Shown one piece after another: positions 11,640 through 21,392 of a stretch of DNA of 64,000 bases. Numbering within the stretch: the first letter of the stretch is position 1; each line of letters starts with the position of its first letter. The stretch covers positions 1,632,001 through 1,696,000 of the forward strand of contig OY968769.1 in the NCBI GenBank assembly GCA_963695345.1, read 5' to 3'. The position numbers were made by a program, and so were the translations under genes. This DNA is from an uncultured Methanomassiliicoccales archaeon. GTDB taxonomy: Archaea > Thermoplasmatota > Thermoplasmata > Methanomassiliicoccales > UBA472. The notes under the pieces are model-generated. The model was not told the origin of the DNA and did not search any database. It saw nothing but the letters and a program-made list of their open reading frames with translations.

Positions 11640-12256
11640 AAAAGACAATGAAAATCGAAATTGAGGCGAAATGTCATCAATGCCTTGGTGATTGCCGCTT
11701 TCCAAAGATCCGACTAAGGTTTTTGGTCTTGGACCCTGTGGAGATGTCGTTCAATCCTATGGCTTCATGCGATGATTTCGATCTCTCGATTTCCCGCTGA
11801 ATCTCGAATTCTCTCTCCAGATAACCAACATCCGCCTTCCACTCGGAAGAACAATAGCCACGTAATTCGCTCCAACCCCTTGTTCCTGCCATTCTTACCC
11901 CCTCTGAATGTTGCACGATTCCCGACGTTTATGTAAGTCGGAATCCGGGCAGGTTGTAGAAACGAATCAGCATCCGTGGTCACTCCTTGATCCCGTGATT
12001 CCGGAGTCCTCCTCATACCATGTTAGTATTTCTTGAGACTTGAGGGTATGTTAGGCTTCTGGCAGAAAAACGGGTCATTTGCAGGCCAGATTTTCCCAAT
12101 TATATAATAAACAACAAGCAATTGATGCAATCAGAACCTACCCAGTAGTTGTCGATGAACGAGGCGATTCGGACCCATGTCCGATCAGTCCTCTATGTCA
12201 GGAACCACGCATTGGACCGGATCAAATTGGACCGAAAGAATCAGAAGAGAAGTAAA

Positions 12257-12332
12257 TGGTGGGTCTGTCCGGATTTGAACCGGAGTCACTAGCACCCCAA
12301 GCTAGAAGGATTCCAAGCTACCCCACAGACCC
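12257..12332 (-). tRNA. tRNA-Pro (GGG), CCA encoded
   Basis: Reverse complement GGGTCTGTGGGGTAGCTTGGAATCCTT-CTAGC-TTGGGGT-GCTAG-TGACTCCGGTTCAAATCCGGACAGACCCACCA folds as a cloverleaf. Confidence 0.93.
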
Positions 12333-12359
12333 AGTGATAAAGGGGTTGATTTAAGGGGT

Positions 12360-12560
12360 TTAGCCAAGCGGAATGATCTCTTCGACCAGGTCCGAATGGG
12401 CTATTATCATACGGCGGCAGCAGTAGCGCTTTAATCCGAGATCGTCGAGGACCTCTTTCGGGTCCTCCCCTAGCTGGACCCGTTTGATGTAGGTCTGGTA
12501 GGAACTCGCGATGACTTTCCCGCATGTGAAGCATCTTACTGGTATTATCATTCCGCTCAC
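12360..12560 (-). CDS. rpoN: DNA-directed RNA polymerase subunit N (Rpo10)
   Basis: [12 protein letters not shown]...RYCCRRM. Confidence 0.97.
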   Translation of the reverse strand: MSGMIIPVRCFTCGKVIASSYQTYIKRVQLGEDPKEVLDDLGLKRYCCRRMIIAHSDLVEEIIPLG

Positions 12561-12958
12561 CTGTACGATTTCTGTCTCTTCTTCCTGGCGCCACGTCCGA
12601 GCGGCTTCTTCGGCAGTTTACGCCTGATGTCGCTGATGAGCAGCGAACGGTCGTACTGCTTGAACGCCTTCTCGAGTGTCTCATCCTTAAAGAACTCGAC
12701 TATAGCTTTAGCGATTGCGGTCCTCGTCGCCTCCGCCTGTCCCATGACGCCGCCACCCTGTACGCTTACAGCGATGTCGACCTTTGCGAACAGTTCCGGG
12801 GCCAGGGTGACCGGTTCCATGATCTTGAGCTTGGCCAGTTCCGGGACGTATGCTTCGATCGGGACGCTGTTGACGCGGATCTTGCCCGATCCCTCGCTGA
12901 CGACCGCCCGTGCGACCGCCGTCTTCCTCTTTCCACTGGTGTTAATAACCTCAGCCAT
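12557..12958 (-). CDS. rps9: 30S ribosomal protein S9
   Basis: [33 protein letters not shown]. Confidence 0.97.
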   Translation of the reverse strand: MAEVINTSGKRKTAVARAVVSEGSGKIRVNSVPIEAYVPELAKLKIMEPVTLAPELFAKVDIAVSVQGGGVMGQAEATRTAIAKAIVEFFKDETLEKAFKQYDRSLLISDIRRKLPKKPLGRGARKKRQKSYR

Positions 12959-12962
12959 AGTA

Positions 12963-13379
12963 TCACTTCACCTTCGAACCCATGTGACCGGCGATCTCGC
13001 TTATCGTAACGAACCTGTTGGAGGTTAGGCGCAATGCGGCCTCGACCTTCTCGGCCTTGATGTCTGCGAACTCCTTCGGTACGCCCACATAGCACTTCAA
13101 CCGGTGGTAGGCATCCCTTCCACAGGTGTGGTCATACGGAAGCATGCCCCTTACGGTGCGCTTCAGGATGAGGTCGGCGCGGCGGGGGAAGAACGGTCCA
13201 CTGCGGACGTCTCCCCTATACCTCTTGACCTCGTAATGTTCAAGGACTGTCCAGGGGTCTCCGCTGACGATGGCCAGTTCTGCGTTGACGATGACCACGG
13301 TCTCGCCTTGGAGGAGCTTCTTGGCCACTGCGGTGGCGAGTCTTCCGGCGACGTGTCCAGTTGCATCGATTACGATCAT
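12963..13379 (-). CDS. rpl13: 50S ribosomal protein L13
   Basis: IDATGHVAGRLA, KRTVRGMLP. Confidence 0.97.
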   Translation of the reverse strand: MIVIDATGHVAGRLATAVAKKLLQGETVVIVNAELAIVSGDPWTVLEHYEVKRYRGDVRSGPFFPRRADLILKRTVRGMLPYDHTCGRDAYHRLKCYVGVPKEFADIKAEKVEAALRLTSNRFVTISEIAGHMGSKVK

Positions 13380-13384
13380 CTAGT

Positions 13385-13747
13385 TCACCTCATTATCCTT
13401 ATTCCGGCGCCATCCGGGTGGTCCTTTACCATCTCGGGGATGGTCAAGTGCTTCCCGCCGGCCTCCGCGATCTTCTTCTTCGCGGACTCGGAGAAATCGT
13501 ACGCTGCAACGGTGAGCTTCTTGCTCAGGCTGCCAGATCCCAATACCTTGCCCGGTACGACGATGACGTCGTTCTCGGAGGCATTTCGCTCAAGCTTGCT
13601 CAGATTGACCTCGGCCCAATTCTGTTTGGACTTTTCCAGTCTCAGAGCAATGTCTCGCCAGATCTCCGCACCATTGGTCCTCGTCTCGGTCTTAAGCGAG
13701 TCGATCAGCACCAAAAGGTTCGGATCAGTCTTTTTGTTAAATGTCAT
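13385..13747 (-). CDS. rpl18e: 50S ribosomal protein L18e
   Basis: [31 protein letters not shown]. Confidence 0.96.
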   Translation of the reverse strand: MTFNKKTDPNLLVLIDSLKTETRTNGAEIWRDIALRLEKSKQNWAEVNLSKLERNASENDVIVVPGKVLGSGSLSKKLTVAAYDFSESAKKKIAEAGGKHLTIPEMVKDHPDGAGIRIMR

Positions 13748-13877
13748 TTTCTGACTCTCCCGACATTGGTAAGGGGCACATAATAAGAAGGATTTTAAAT
13801 AGTTTTGCCAGAGGGATCTAGGCAGGCGGTACCTACCATCGGCACTGCCAGACAGCTAAATCGCGTTCGGTCGGGCA

Positions 13878-16800
13878 CTAACGGGAGCGGTAACGATCGA
13901 CCAGCGCTTCGATCTTGCGCAGTTCCCGGTTCCTGTCCTCCACCCAGTCCCTCGACCAGATGCGGTGCATGTTCCAGCCGAGACCCTGGAGGACGTCTTC
14001 CCGAAGCCGCTCCCGGTCCCGGGCGGTGCGCCCGGAGGCATAGTTGAGACCGTCACATTCGATCCCCAGTATATGCTTTTGGTTCTTCTCCGGGTCCATC
14101 ACCGCCATGTCTAGGCGGTATCCGGAACATCCCACGCTGCGATGCAGGGTCAGCCCCATATTGCTGAGGGTGTTGAAGATCGAGTCCTCCAGCGGTTTGT
14201 CTCCCTCATCCTCGTGGCGACTGTCGCATCCTAGCGCGCTCCTATCTCCGCGGCCCCGGGCGAACTCCATGTATCGGCGCAGGAGCAGGACTCCTTTGGA
14301 GGACGAATTGGGATCGATGTCCTCCGGCTGCATCGACGACACAAGCTTCACCTGCCGCCTGGCCCGGGTGATGGCCACGTTAAGTCTGCGGTGCCCTCCT
14401 TCCATGTTCAATGGACCGAAGTTCATGACCAGCTTCCCGTCCAGGTCCTTCCCGTATCCTACGCTGAAGAACATGACATCCCTCTCGTCCCCCTGCACGT
14501 TCTCCAGGTTCTTGACGAAGAACGATTCCTCCTGGCCCTCGTCGAAGTACTGCTGGAAGTCGGGCTTCAGCTTTTTCATGTACTCGATAACATCGAGGAT
14601 GGCGAGTTGCTGCTCCTCGCTGAAGGCGACCACTCCCAGGGACATCTCGGGGTGCGCCTTGAACTGCTCGAACACCAGGTCGGCCACCTTCTTGGCCTCC
14701 ATCTTGTTGTCCCGTTTGCCCCCCCGGTCATAGACGCCCTCGGGCACATGCACGAACTCGATGCCGCTGGTAGGGCCAGGCAGGTCTGCCGATGGGAACG
14801 TATACAGACGGTTTTCATAGTAGTATGCGTTGGAAAAGGCGATCAGCGATTCGTTCCGCGAGCGATAGTGCCACAGCAGCATCTTCTGCGGCATGCCGAT
14901 GGTCGCGCATTCATCAAGTATGCTCTCCAGGTCCTGGATCTCGGTTTCCTCGTCCCCTTCTATCTTCTCGAAGAACCGGGTGGGTGGCAACTGCTTGCTG
15001 TCACCGACGACCACAAGCTGCCTCCCCCGCATGACACTCCCGATGGCGTCCTCGGGGCAGATCTGCGACGCCTCGTCGAAGATGACGACATCGAATCGAA
15101 TCTTCCGGGGGTCAATGAACTGACAGGCGGAAAGGGGTGACATCATGACGCAGGGCTTGATCAGCGGCAGGAGATCTGGCATGTCGGACAGCAGCTTCCG
15201 AATGGCCATCTGCTTCGATTTCTTGGCCATCTCCTTACGCAGCATGGTCTCCTGCATCCTAACCGGGCTAGCCGGGTCGGCGGTTCGCATCTTATCCACA
15301 CGCTGCCTCAGCTCGAACGACAATCTCCTGCGCGCCAGGATCAGCTGCGTCTGGTCCAGCTTACGGAACTCCTGGATGAGCGCGGTGTGCTCGGCGCTGT
15401 TGAACCCGGCCAGCAAGGGAACGTGCCGACGGGACGAGTCGATCCACAGGGTGAAGAAGCGTTTGCGGAACATCTTCACCAGCTTTGAGGCATCCGAAGG
15501 ATCCCTCATCACCAGGTCCAGTAGGGAATCGAGTCCGCTGGCCCTCACCTGTTCCTCCGCATCCCTGAGCTCCACCCACTCCCTGAGCCGTTCCCTGGCG
15601 CTCAGGTGCGCCATGACGAAGTCCCGGGCATCGGTCAACGGTGCGGACTCCAGTGGAGTCTCCCCCAATATGAACTTGCCTCCGCGAAGGTACTGGCCGG
15701 GAACTTGGGAGGCAGACTTCAGGGCCTCGAGGGAGGTCCTTGCCTTGTCCGTGATGACCTTAAGGCTCCCAATTCCTTCCCGGTCCTCACAGGCCAGTCC
15801 TGATCAGTTCGCCGTTAAGGTCGGCCCCGGCCCTCTGCATCAGCTCCTTGCTCCACTGGAGAGCGGCCATGAGGGCGTCCCAATCCGTTCCGGGTCCGTC
15901 GAAGTACTTCCCGAACGTCCTGTAATCCTCGGTATAGGATGAGTTGAGCGATCTGCGCGCATCCTGGAACACCTTGAGCGCCCTGACATCGTTCAATGCC
16001 TCCTCATATTCCAGCCGGTGCTGGCTGAGAAGGTGCATCGAGAGCACCTTGACGTCGGTGCGATAGTCGGTGTTCATCATCCTCAATGAATTGTTGTAAT
16101 CGACCTCGAACTTCCGGCTGAAATGCTCCCCGTCCAGTTCCAGGAACTTCTGGTCATACTTGCCCAGGAGGTGCTTTCGGCTGGAATCCAATGATCGGAA
16201 GGTGGCCCTCTCTGTCTCCACCCGCTTGATCAGGTCTCCGATGAGACGCGGCTCCATCCAATTCTTTAGCGGGAACGGGGTGGTCGTGACATAGGAGGCC
16301 AGGTCGACGATTCGCTTGCCGTCGTTCAAAGACTTCGGAGCGCCGACGTGGGCTTTCTCGGCCAATAGTGCGAACTTCGGCAGGGCGTCATCGATGGCGC
16401 TGACCAGCACCTCCAGCGAATGAAGGAACTCCTGCTGCCTTCCCATGTCCATGGCCACCGGTTCGACATCGTGCCAAGGGTGCGATCCCCGTACCGAGAG
16501 AACGTCCCTCCTTCCGGCCAATCGTTCCAGGCTCGACTCCATCATGTCGATATCTTTACGGTCCAGCTCAAAGGGGTCGGCCATCTTGAAGGGCAGGTCC
16601 GGCACGTCGTGCAGCTCGGCCAGACGGCCATAGGCGTCGAAGAGGGAAAGCCCTATCGCCCCCATCTTCATGTGCAGGAAATGCACGTAGGCGTTCAGCC
16701 GGTCCCTCACCGACGCCACCCTCTCGAGGTCCGTCAGGTCCGGCTCCTTCGCCCTCTCGTTACCGTCCAGCGGCCTTCCCAGGGAAACGATCACATCGCT

Positions 16801-17946
16801 CTTGTTGGGCGTGTTGCTGTGCAGTTCCAGGCAGAAGTCGCCAAGACGGCAGGTGTCAAGGCGCTTCTTGACCACCTCCAACGCGGCCATCTTCTCGCTG
16901 ACGAACAGGACGGTCTTGCCCGCCCACATGCTCTCCGCGATCAAATTGGCGATCGTCTGGCTCTTTCCGGTTCCGGGAGGTCCCTGGAGCACCAGGTTCG
17001 TCCCTCGGCGGATGGCCTCGATGGCCTCGAATTGGCTGGAATCGGCGTCCAGCACCAGGTGGGAATCGATGGGCTTGACCAGCTCGTCCAGCCTCTCGGC
17101 GGTCGGCAGGTCCTTGGGCGTCTGCGGCAGAAGGCTGGGGTCTCCTGCCAAGGCCCGCACTATCGGGTGTGCGGCGGCCACGTCCTCATTGGTCTTCAGA
17201 TCCTCGTACATGGCCAGCTTTGTGAAGGAGAAAATGCCCAGGTATGATTCGCGGGCGACGCTCCACCCGGTCTTCTTGGCGATGGCCAGCTCGACCTGTT
17301 TCAGATAAGCCTCGATGTCGAACTCCTCCACATCGTCCGGCATCGCTGGAAGGTCGATGCCCTGGTCGGTCCTCATCTTGAGGACTAGGGATGGATTCAG
17401 GACAGCCTCGTCCCCGAAACGGGCCACCGTATACGGGTTGAAGGGTTTTTTGCCCAGCTGCACTGGTATCAATACGAGCGGGGAGGCGATCTCCCTGTCG
17501 TCGCCCTCCTTTTCCTTCCATCGAAGGATGCCGAAAGTGGCGTACAGCACGTTAACGCCCTGTTCCTGCATGAACGTCCTGGCCTTGAGGCGGGTCTGAT
17601 AGAGCACCTTTTCCGTGTTCGGGTTCAGGGTCGAGGGCATAACCTGTCCCGGCAGGACATGGAGCCGGTCCTTCAGCAGGCATTCCCTGGCCCCTTCTTC
17701 TGAGGCGTCCATCTCATCCCTGATCTCGGGACAGATGACCGCCATTGGTCTATTCTTCCTAGCGATGGAGTCGAAAAGGACATCCATGGAAGGTTCAATG
17801 AACTGAACGGTCGAGGATTTCGTGAGCTTGAAATTTAAAAGGCGGTTTCGAAGGCTCAGGTCAATGAGCCGTGAGCGCCAATGATCCATTTTCTTGGACA
17901 CCATCACGTTGCCGTTCTCCGTCAATGCTCCACCGTTGAGTGGCAT
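13878..17946 (-). CDS. DUF4011 + SF1 (Upf1-like) helicase + C-terminal Vsr/REase-like nuclease (Hhe-like), frameshifted at about 15795
   Basis: N-terminal WRSRLIDLSLRNRLLNF (DUF4011), GPPGTGKSQT, DEASQ, GDSKQLPP, HYRS, VQGDERD, RRLNVAITRAR, C-terminal GYRLDMAV..GIECDG..GWNMHRIWSRDW. One indel joins the two ORFs. Confidence 0.88.
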
Positions 17947-18236
17947 GGAGCGGTACTGACATAAGGGATTCGGTCTGACATTGATGTCTTAGGAATTATC
18001 GCCGTGCTATTGACTGTCACGGATATATATGGCTGCCGGACTGGCGGTGTCAGGAAGAAATTCGACCCTGATAAATGACCTATTATTAACACATGATGTT
18101 TTCTAACCGAAGCATCTGACACAAAGCCATTTAAGCATCGAACTGAATCGAAAGGATAGGCACTCGTATTCCTTTCAGATTGAATAGTGATTAAATATGA
18201 AGTTAGTCATACGGTGATGCTTATCGAGGGAAGAAT

Positions 18237-19373
18237 TTGATACGGTTTGGTCCAGCTGGTATTCCGCTTTCATGTAAAGGAAGGACTCTCAAAGATGGCA
18301 TCGAGGATGTTCACAATCTCGGTCTCAATGCCATGGAAGTCCAGATGGTCAGGGTCAATGTCGTCGAAAGAAATCCTGACGACGAGGAGGTAGGCCTGAC
18401 GCCGCTGGACATCGCTAGCGATGTCGTGGTCGAGATCGTCCGGCACAAGGGCAAGAAGGACACGGTCATCGCCGATCTGAACGAAAAGATCAAGGCGGAC
18501 GATACGCTCATCACATTGGCCTCCGGCCTGGTCCAGAACTTCAAGGAGCTCATCACCCTCGGTCACATGGGCGCTGAACTGGATGTCCAGCTGTCCATGC
18601 ACACCCCCTATTATATGGACCTCACCAGCGACAACGAGCTCACCCAGAAGAGCATCGACAGCATCCGCTGGGCTGGAATGCTCACCAACCAGATGAAGGG
18701 GAACATGGTAATCTCCCACCTGGGCCTTTACGGCAACATGTCCAAGAAGGAGGCCGTGGAGACCATCACTGGGAACGTGACCGATATCATGGATTGGTGG
18801 GAGAAGAACGAGATCAAGCCGTTGCTCGGTTTCGAGACCTCCGGAAGGCAGGAGGTGTTCGGCTCCGTCGAGGAACTGATGGACCTATGCGACAAGGTGG
18901 ACGGGATCGTCCCGGTTATCAACTTCGCCCACGTCCATGCGAGACAGAACGGGACATTGAGAGAGCCGCAGGACTTCAGGGAACTGTTCGACAAGGTCAA
19001 GTCCCAGGTCAAGGGCCACTACTATACCCATTTCTCCGGTGTGGAGCATGAGTCAGGGAACGAAAAGAGGGTCACCCCGATCAAGAAGGGCGATCTCCGG
19101 TTCGAGCCCCTGGCCGAGTTCCTGGTGGAGGAGAACCCGGACTGTACCATCATATCCAGCTCACCGCTGCTCGAGCATGACGCCATGTACATGAAGGTCA
19201 TCTACGAGCGCATCCTGACCAAGAAGGTCTCCAAGGAGACCAAGGTCAAGAAGCCGGAAAAGGTCGACAAGGGCGAGAAGGCGGAAAAGGCCACCAAGCA
19301 CGTCAAGGATGTGAAGGGCCGCGCCCCCCGGGTCGAGACCAACGATGACGACCTGGAAGATGATTACGATTGA
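18237..19373 (+). CDS. Endonuclease IV-like TIM-barrel protein (AP endonuclease family 2) with insertion and charged tail
   Basis: IRFGPAGIP, SMHTPYY, GFETSGRQEVFGS, NFAHVHAR, HFSGVE. Confidence 0.8.
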   Translation: MIRFGPAGIPLSCKGRTLKDGIEDVHNLGLNAMEVQMVRVNVVERNPDDEEVGLTPLDIASDVVVEIVRHKGKKDTVIADLNEKIKADDTLITLASGLVQNFKELITLGHMGAELDVQLSMHTPYYMDLTSDNELTQKSIDSIRWAGMLTNQMKGNMVISHLGLYGNMSKKEAVETITGNVTDIMDWWEKNEIKPLLGFETSGRQEVFGSVEELMDLCDKVDGIVPVINFAHVHARQNGTLREPQDFRELFDKVKSQVKGHYYTHFSGVEHESGNEKRVTPIKKGDLRFEPLAEFLVEENPDCTIISSSPLLEHDAMYMKVIYERILTKKVSKETKVKKPEKVDKGEKAEKATKHVKDVKGRAPRVETNDDDLEDDYD

Positions 19374-19910
19374 AGGAAGCCTCGGCGTATATCCTGAATG
19401 AGGTCCAGGAGGCCCTGGACAAGGTAGACCAGACAAAGGTGTCCGAGGTCATCGACATGATCCTCTCCGCGAAGAAGATATTCGTATACGGGGTAGGACG
19501 GTCCGGTCTGGTCGGCAAATCTTTCGCGGTTCGCCTGGTCCAGCTGGGGATGGACGTGCATTTCGTCGGTGACATGACCACCCCGATCGTCGAGCAGGGC
19601 GACCTGGTAATTCTCATATCGAACACCGGCGAGACGATGTCGGCGGTGCAGACGGCGAACATCGTCGGGCGCATCGGTTCCAAGATAGTCTCGGTGACAT
19701 CATCGGTACATTCCAAGCTCGGTTCCATCTCCGATGTGGTCCTGGAGATAACACCAGAACAAGGACGAGCAGAGGAAGAGGCTGGCCCCGCTGGGGACGA
19801 TCTTCGAGGTCTCCACCTCCATCCTCCTGGATTCACTGGTCCCGGTGCTCATGCAGCGCCTGTCCCAGACAGAATCGTCAATGAGAAAGCGACACGCTAT
19901 CTGGGTCTGA
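19370..19910 (+). CDS. hxlB: 6-phospho-3-hexuloisomerase (SIS domain), frameshifted near 19758
   Basis: IFVYGVGRSGLVGKSFAVRLVQLG, ISNTGET; shifted frame gives LAPLGTIFE...MRKRHAIWV*. Confidence 0.8.
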
Positions 19911-19926
19911 GTCCTTGCCTTTCTGG

Positions 19927-20560
19927 TTATTTGAGCAGCCGCTTGCGCACGCTCTCGCCGTAGTATGGGTTCTGGAACTCGTCCCAGTAGATGGCGAACG
20001 GTCGGTGCAATGACCGGCCGTTCACCACCTTGAAGGTCTCGATCTCCATGTTGACCGGATCGATGACCAAGGCGCTGTGGGACGGCCGGTTGAACATCGA
20101 CACCTGGGTGTCGATATCCGTCTGGGAAAGGAAACAGCCGTGTCCAGGATGGGAATGGTACCATCCCACGATGAGATAGTCGAACCCGCAGTCGTCCAAT
20201 GAGTCGAAAAGTTTCTCGAAGCCCTGCCGATCGAACCTTACCGAGACCAGCGAGGCATCGAGATCGGTGGTCACGACATCCCTGACCAGGACGTACTCAC
20301 TTCCGTTATGCTGGTAAAGGGTGCCGAGCAGCAGCCCCATCACCTCCATGCGGGGGCGAGAGCCGGCTCAGGGCGTGGTTCCTTAGTTTTTCTTCGGCCA
20401 GTTTTGAGATGTAGAGGTCGAATCCTATCTGTTCCGATTCCTTGTAACGTTCCAATGAGGCATTGGTCAGCCATTTATGATGGCCGATGCGCTCCTTCTC
20501 CGGGGGCGCCTTGTTCTGGGCCTTTCTTTCGGTACTGCCGATTATCCTGGGCAAGGTCAC
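19927..20560 (-). CDS. JAB/MPN+ metalloprotease, Rpn11/CSN5-like, frameshifted near 20355
   Basis: ORFs 20306-20560 and 19927-20349 join; EVMGLLLG...[23 protein letters not shown]...ALVIDP is an intact JAMM motif. Confidence 0.9.
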
Positions 20561-21061
20561 TTGCGCACCACCTTGGGAAGAGCGGTCGTAACGATCGGAA
20601 GGGTTCTGGTGCCATTGTTGAAAAAGGCAGCCGCCTCGGTGCAGCTGGAGGTGCCGAACGGGCTTTCACCGTTAGGTGCCATCAGCAGCGACTCTATGCC
20701 TTTGACGAAGGTCAGGATGGTCGAATTGAAGCTCCATTCGCTCAGCAGTTTTGTGCAAACATGGCCTCCATCCTCCGGGGCCATGATGTTCGGGTGAAAT
20801 ATCGGCGTCTTCCAGATGACCGCCGGTTTCTCGAACGGGTAGTTCGATGAGATAATGATCCGGAACCGGTGGTTGTATCGGTTGATGACCTTACCACCTT
20901 CTTGGACCGGACCAGGCGTATTGTGGAGCTCAATCTCGAACTCCAGCGGGATATTGCTCCAATTTCCCGTCGGTGGTGTCCAGTGTGGTCTTCAGATATT
21001 TCGAGCATTGGGTTAGTTCATTGCGAAGGCGAGAAATCAGAATGTCCTTCGGCAAGGGCAT
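20557..21061 (-). CDS. Ubiquitin-conjugating enzyme E2 (UBC fold), one frameshift near 20947
   Basis: Manual translation MPLPKDILISRLRNELTQC...[shift]...HRFRIIISSNYPFEKPAVIWKTPIFHPNIMAPEDGGHVCTKLLSEWSFNSTILTFVKGIESLLMAPNGESPF; has the YPF.PP-like, HPN and catalytic Cys signature. Confidence 0.9.
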
Positions 21062-21303
21062 CAGTTACCGCCCTCGGGATCGGGGATCAGCTCAATCTCG
21101 TCGTTCTCGACGAAGCCCAGATCTCCGATCATCTGTTCGCCCTTGAGGAGTCTCTTGCCTTTGCGAATGACGTAAGCACCCGCATCCTTCTCCCAGTACA
21201 TGGCGATGCTGTCGATGATCTCCTGTACCGAATTGGACGGCTCTAGGTCCATCGCAACGTTCGAACCGGTCTCTGCGTTCTTAATTATGACCCTGACTCC
21301 CAT
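21061..21303 (-). CDS. Ubiquitin-like beta-grasp protein, 80 aa, C-terminus ...PEGG-N
   Basis: Last 80 codons of ORF 21061-21801: MGVRVIIKNAETGSNVAMDLEPSNSVQEIIDSIAMYWEKDAGAYVIRKGKRLLKGEQMIGDLGFVENDEIELIPDPEGGN; TGATG overlap with the E2. Confidence 0.85.
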   Translation of the reverse strand: MGVRVIIKNAETGSNVAMDLEPSNSVQEIIDSIAMYWEKDAGAYVIRKGKRLLKGEQMIGDLGFVENDEIELIPDPEGGN

Positions 21304-21330
21304 TGTTGCACCATGATCTTGGACGATTTC

Positions 21331-21340
21331 AGATATAAAA
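21331..21340 (-). promoter_or_regulatory. Putative archaeal TATA box (TTTTATAT) for Ubl-E2-JAB
   Basis: TTTTATATCT about 30 nt upstream of the Ubl ATG, in the E1-Ubl gap. Confidence 0.5.
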
Positions 21341-21392
21341 TAGCTTGGCACTAGAGTAATCATATCTGAGAACGACCGCATCAGGTCCAGGA

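Noticed and set aside
11677-12016. Short ORFs between the Lrp gene and tRNA-Pro
   Set aside because: No recognisable motifs; cannot be supported as genes.
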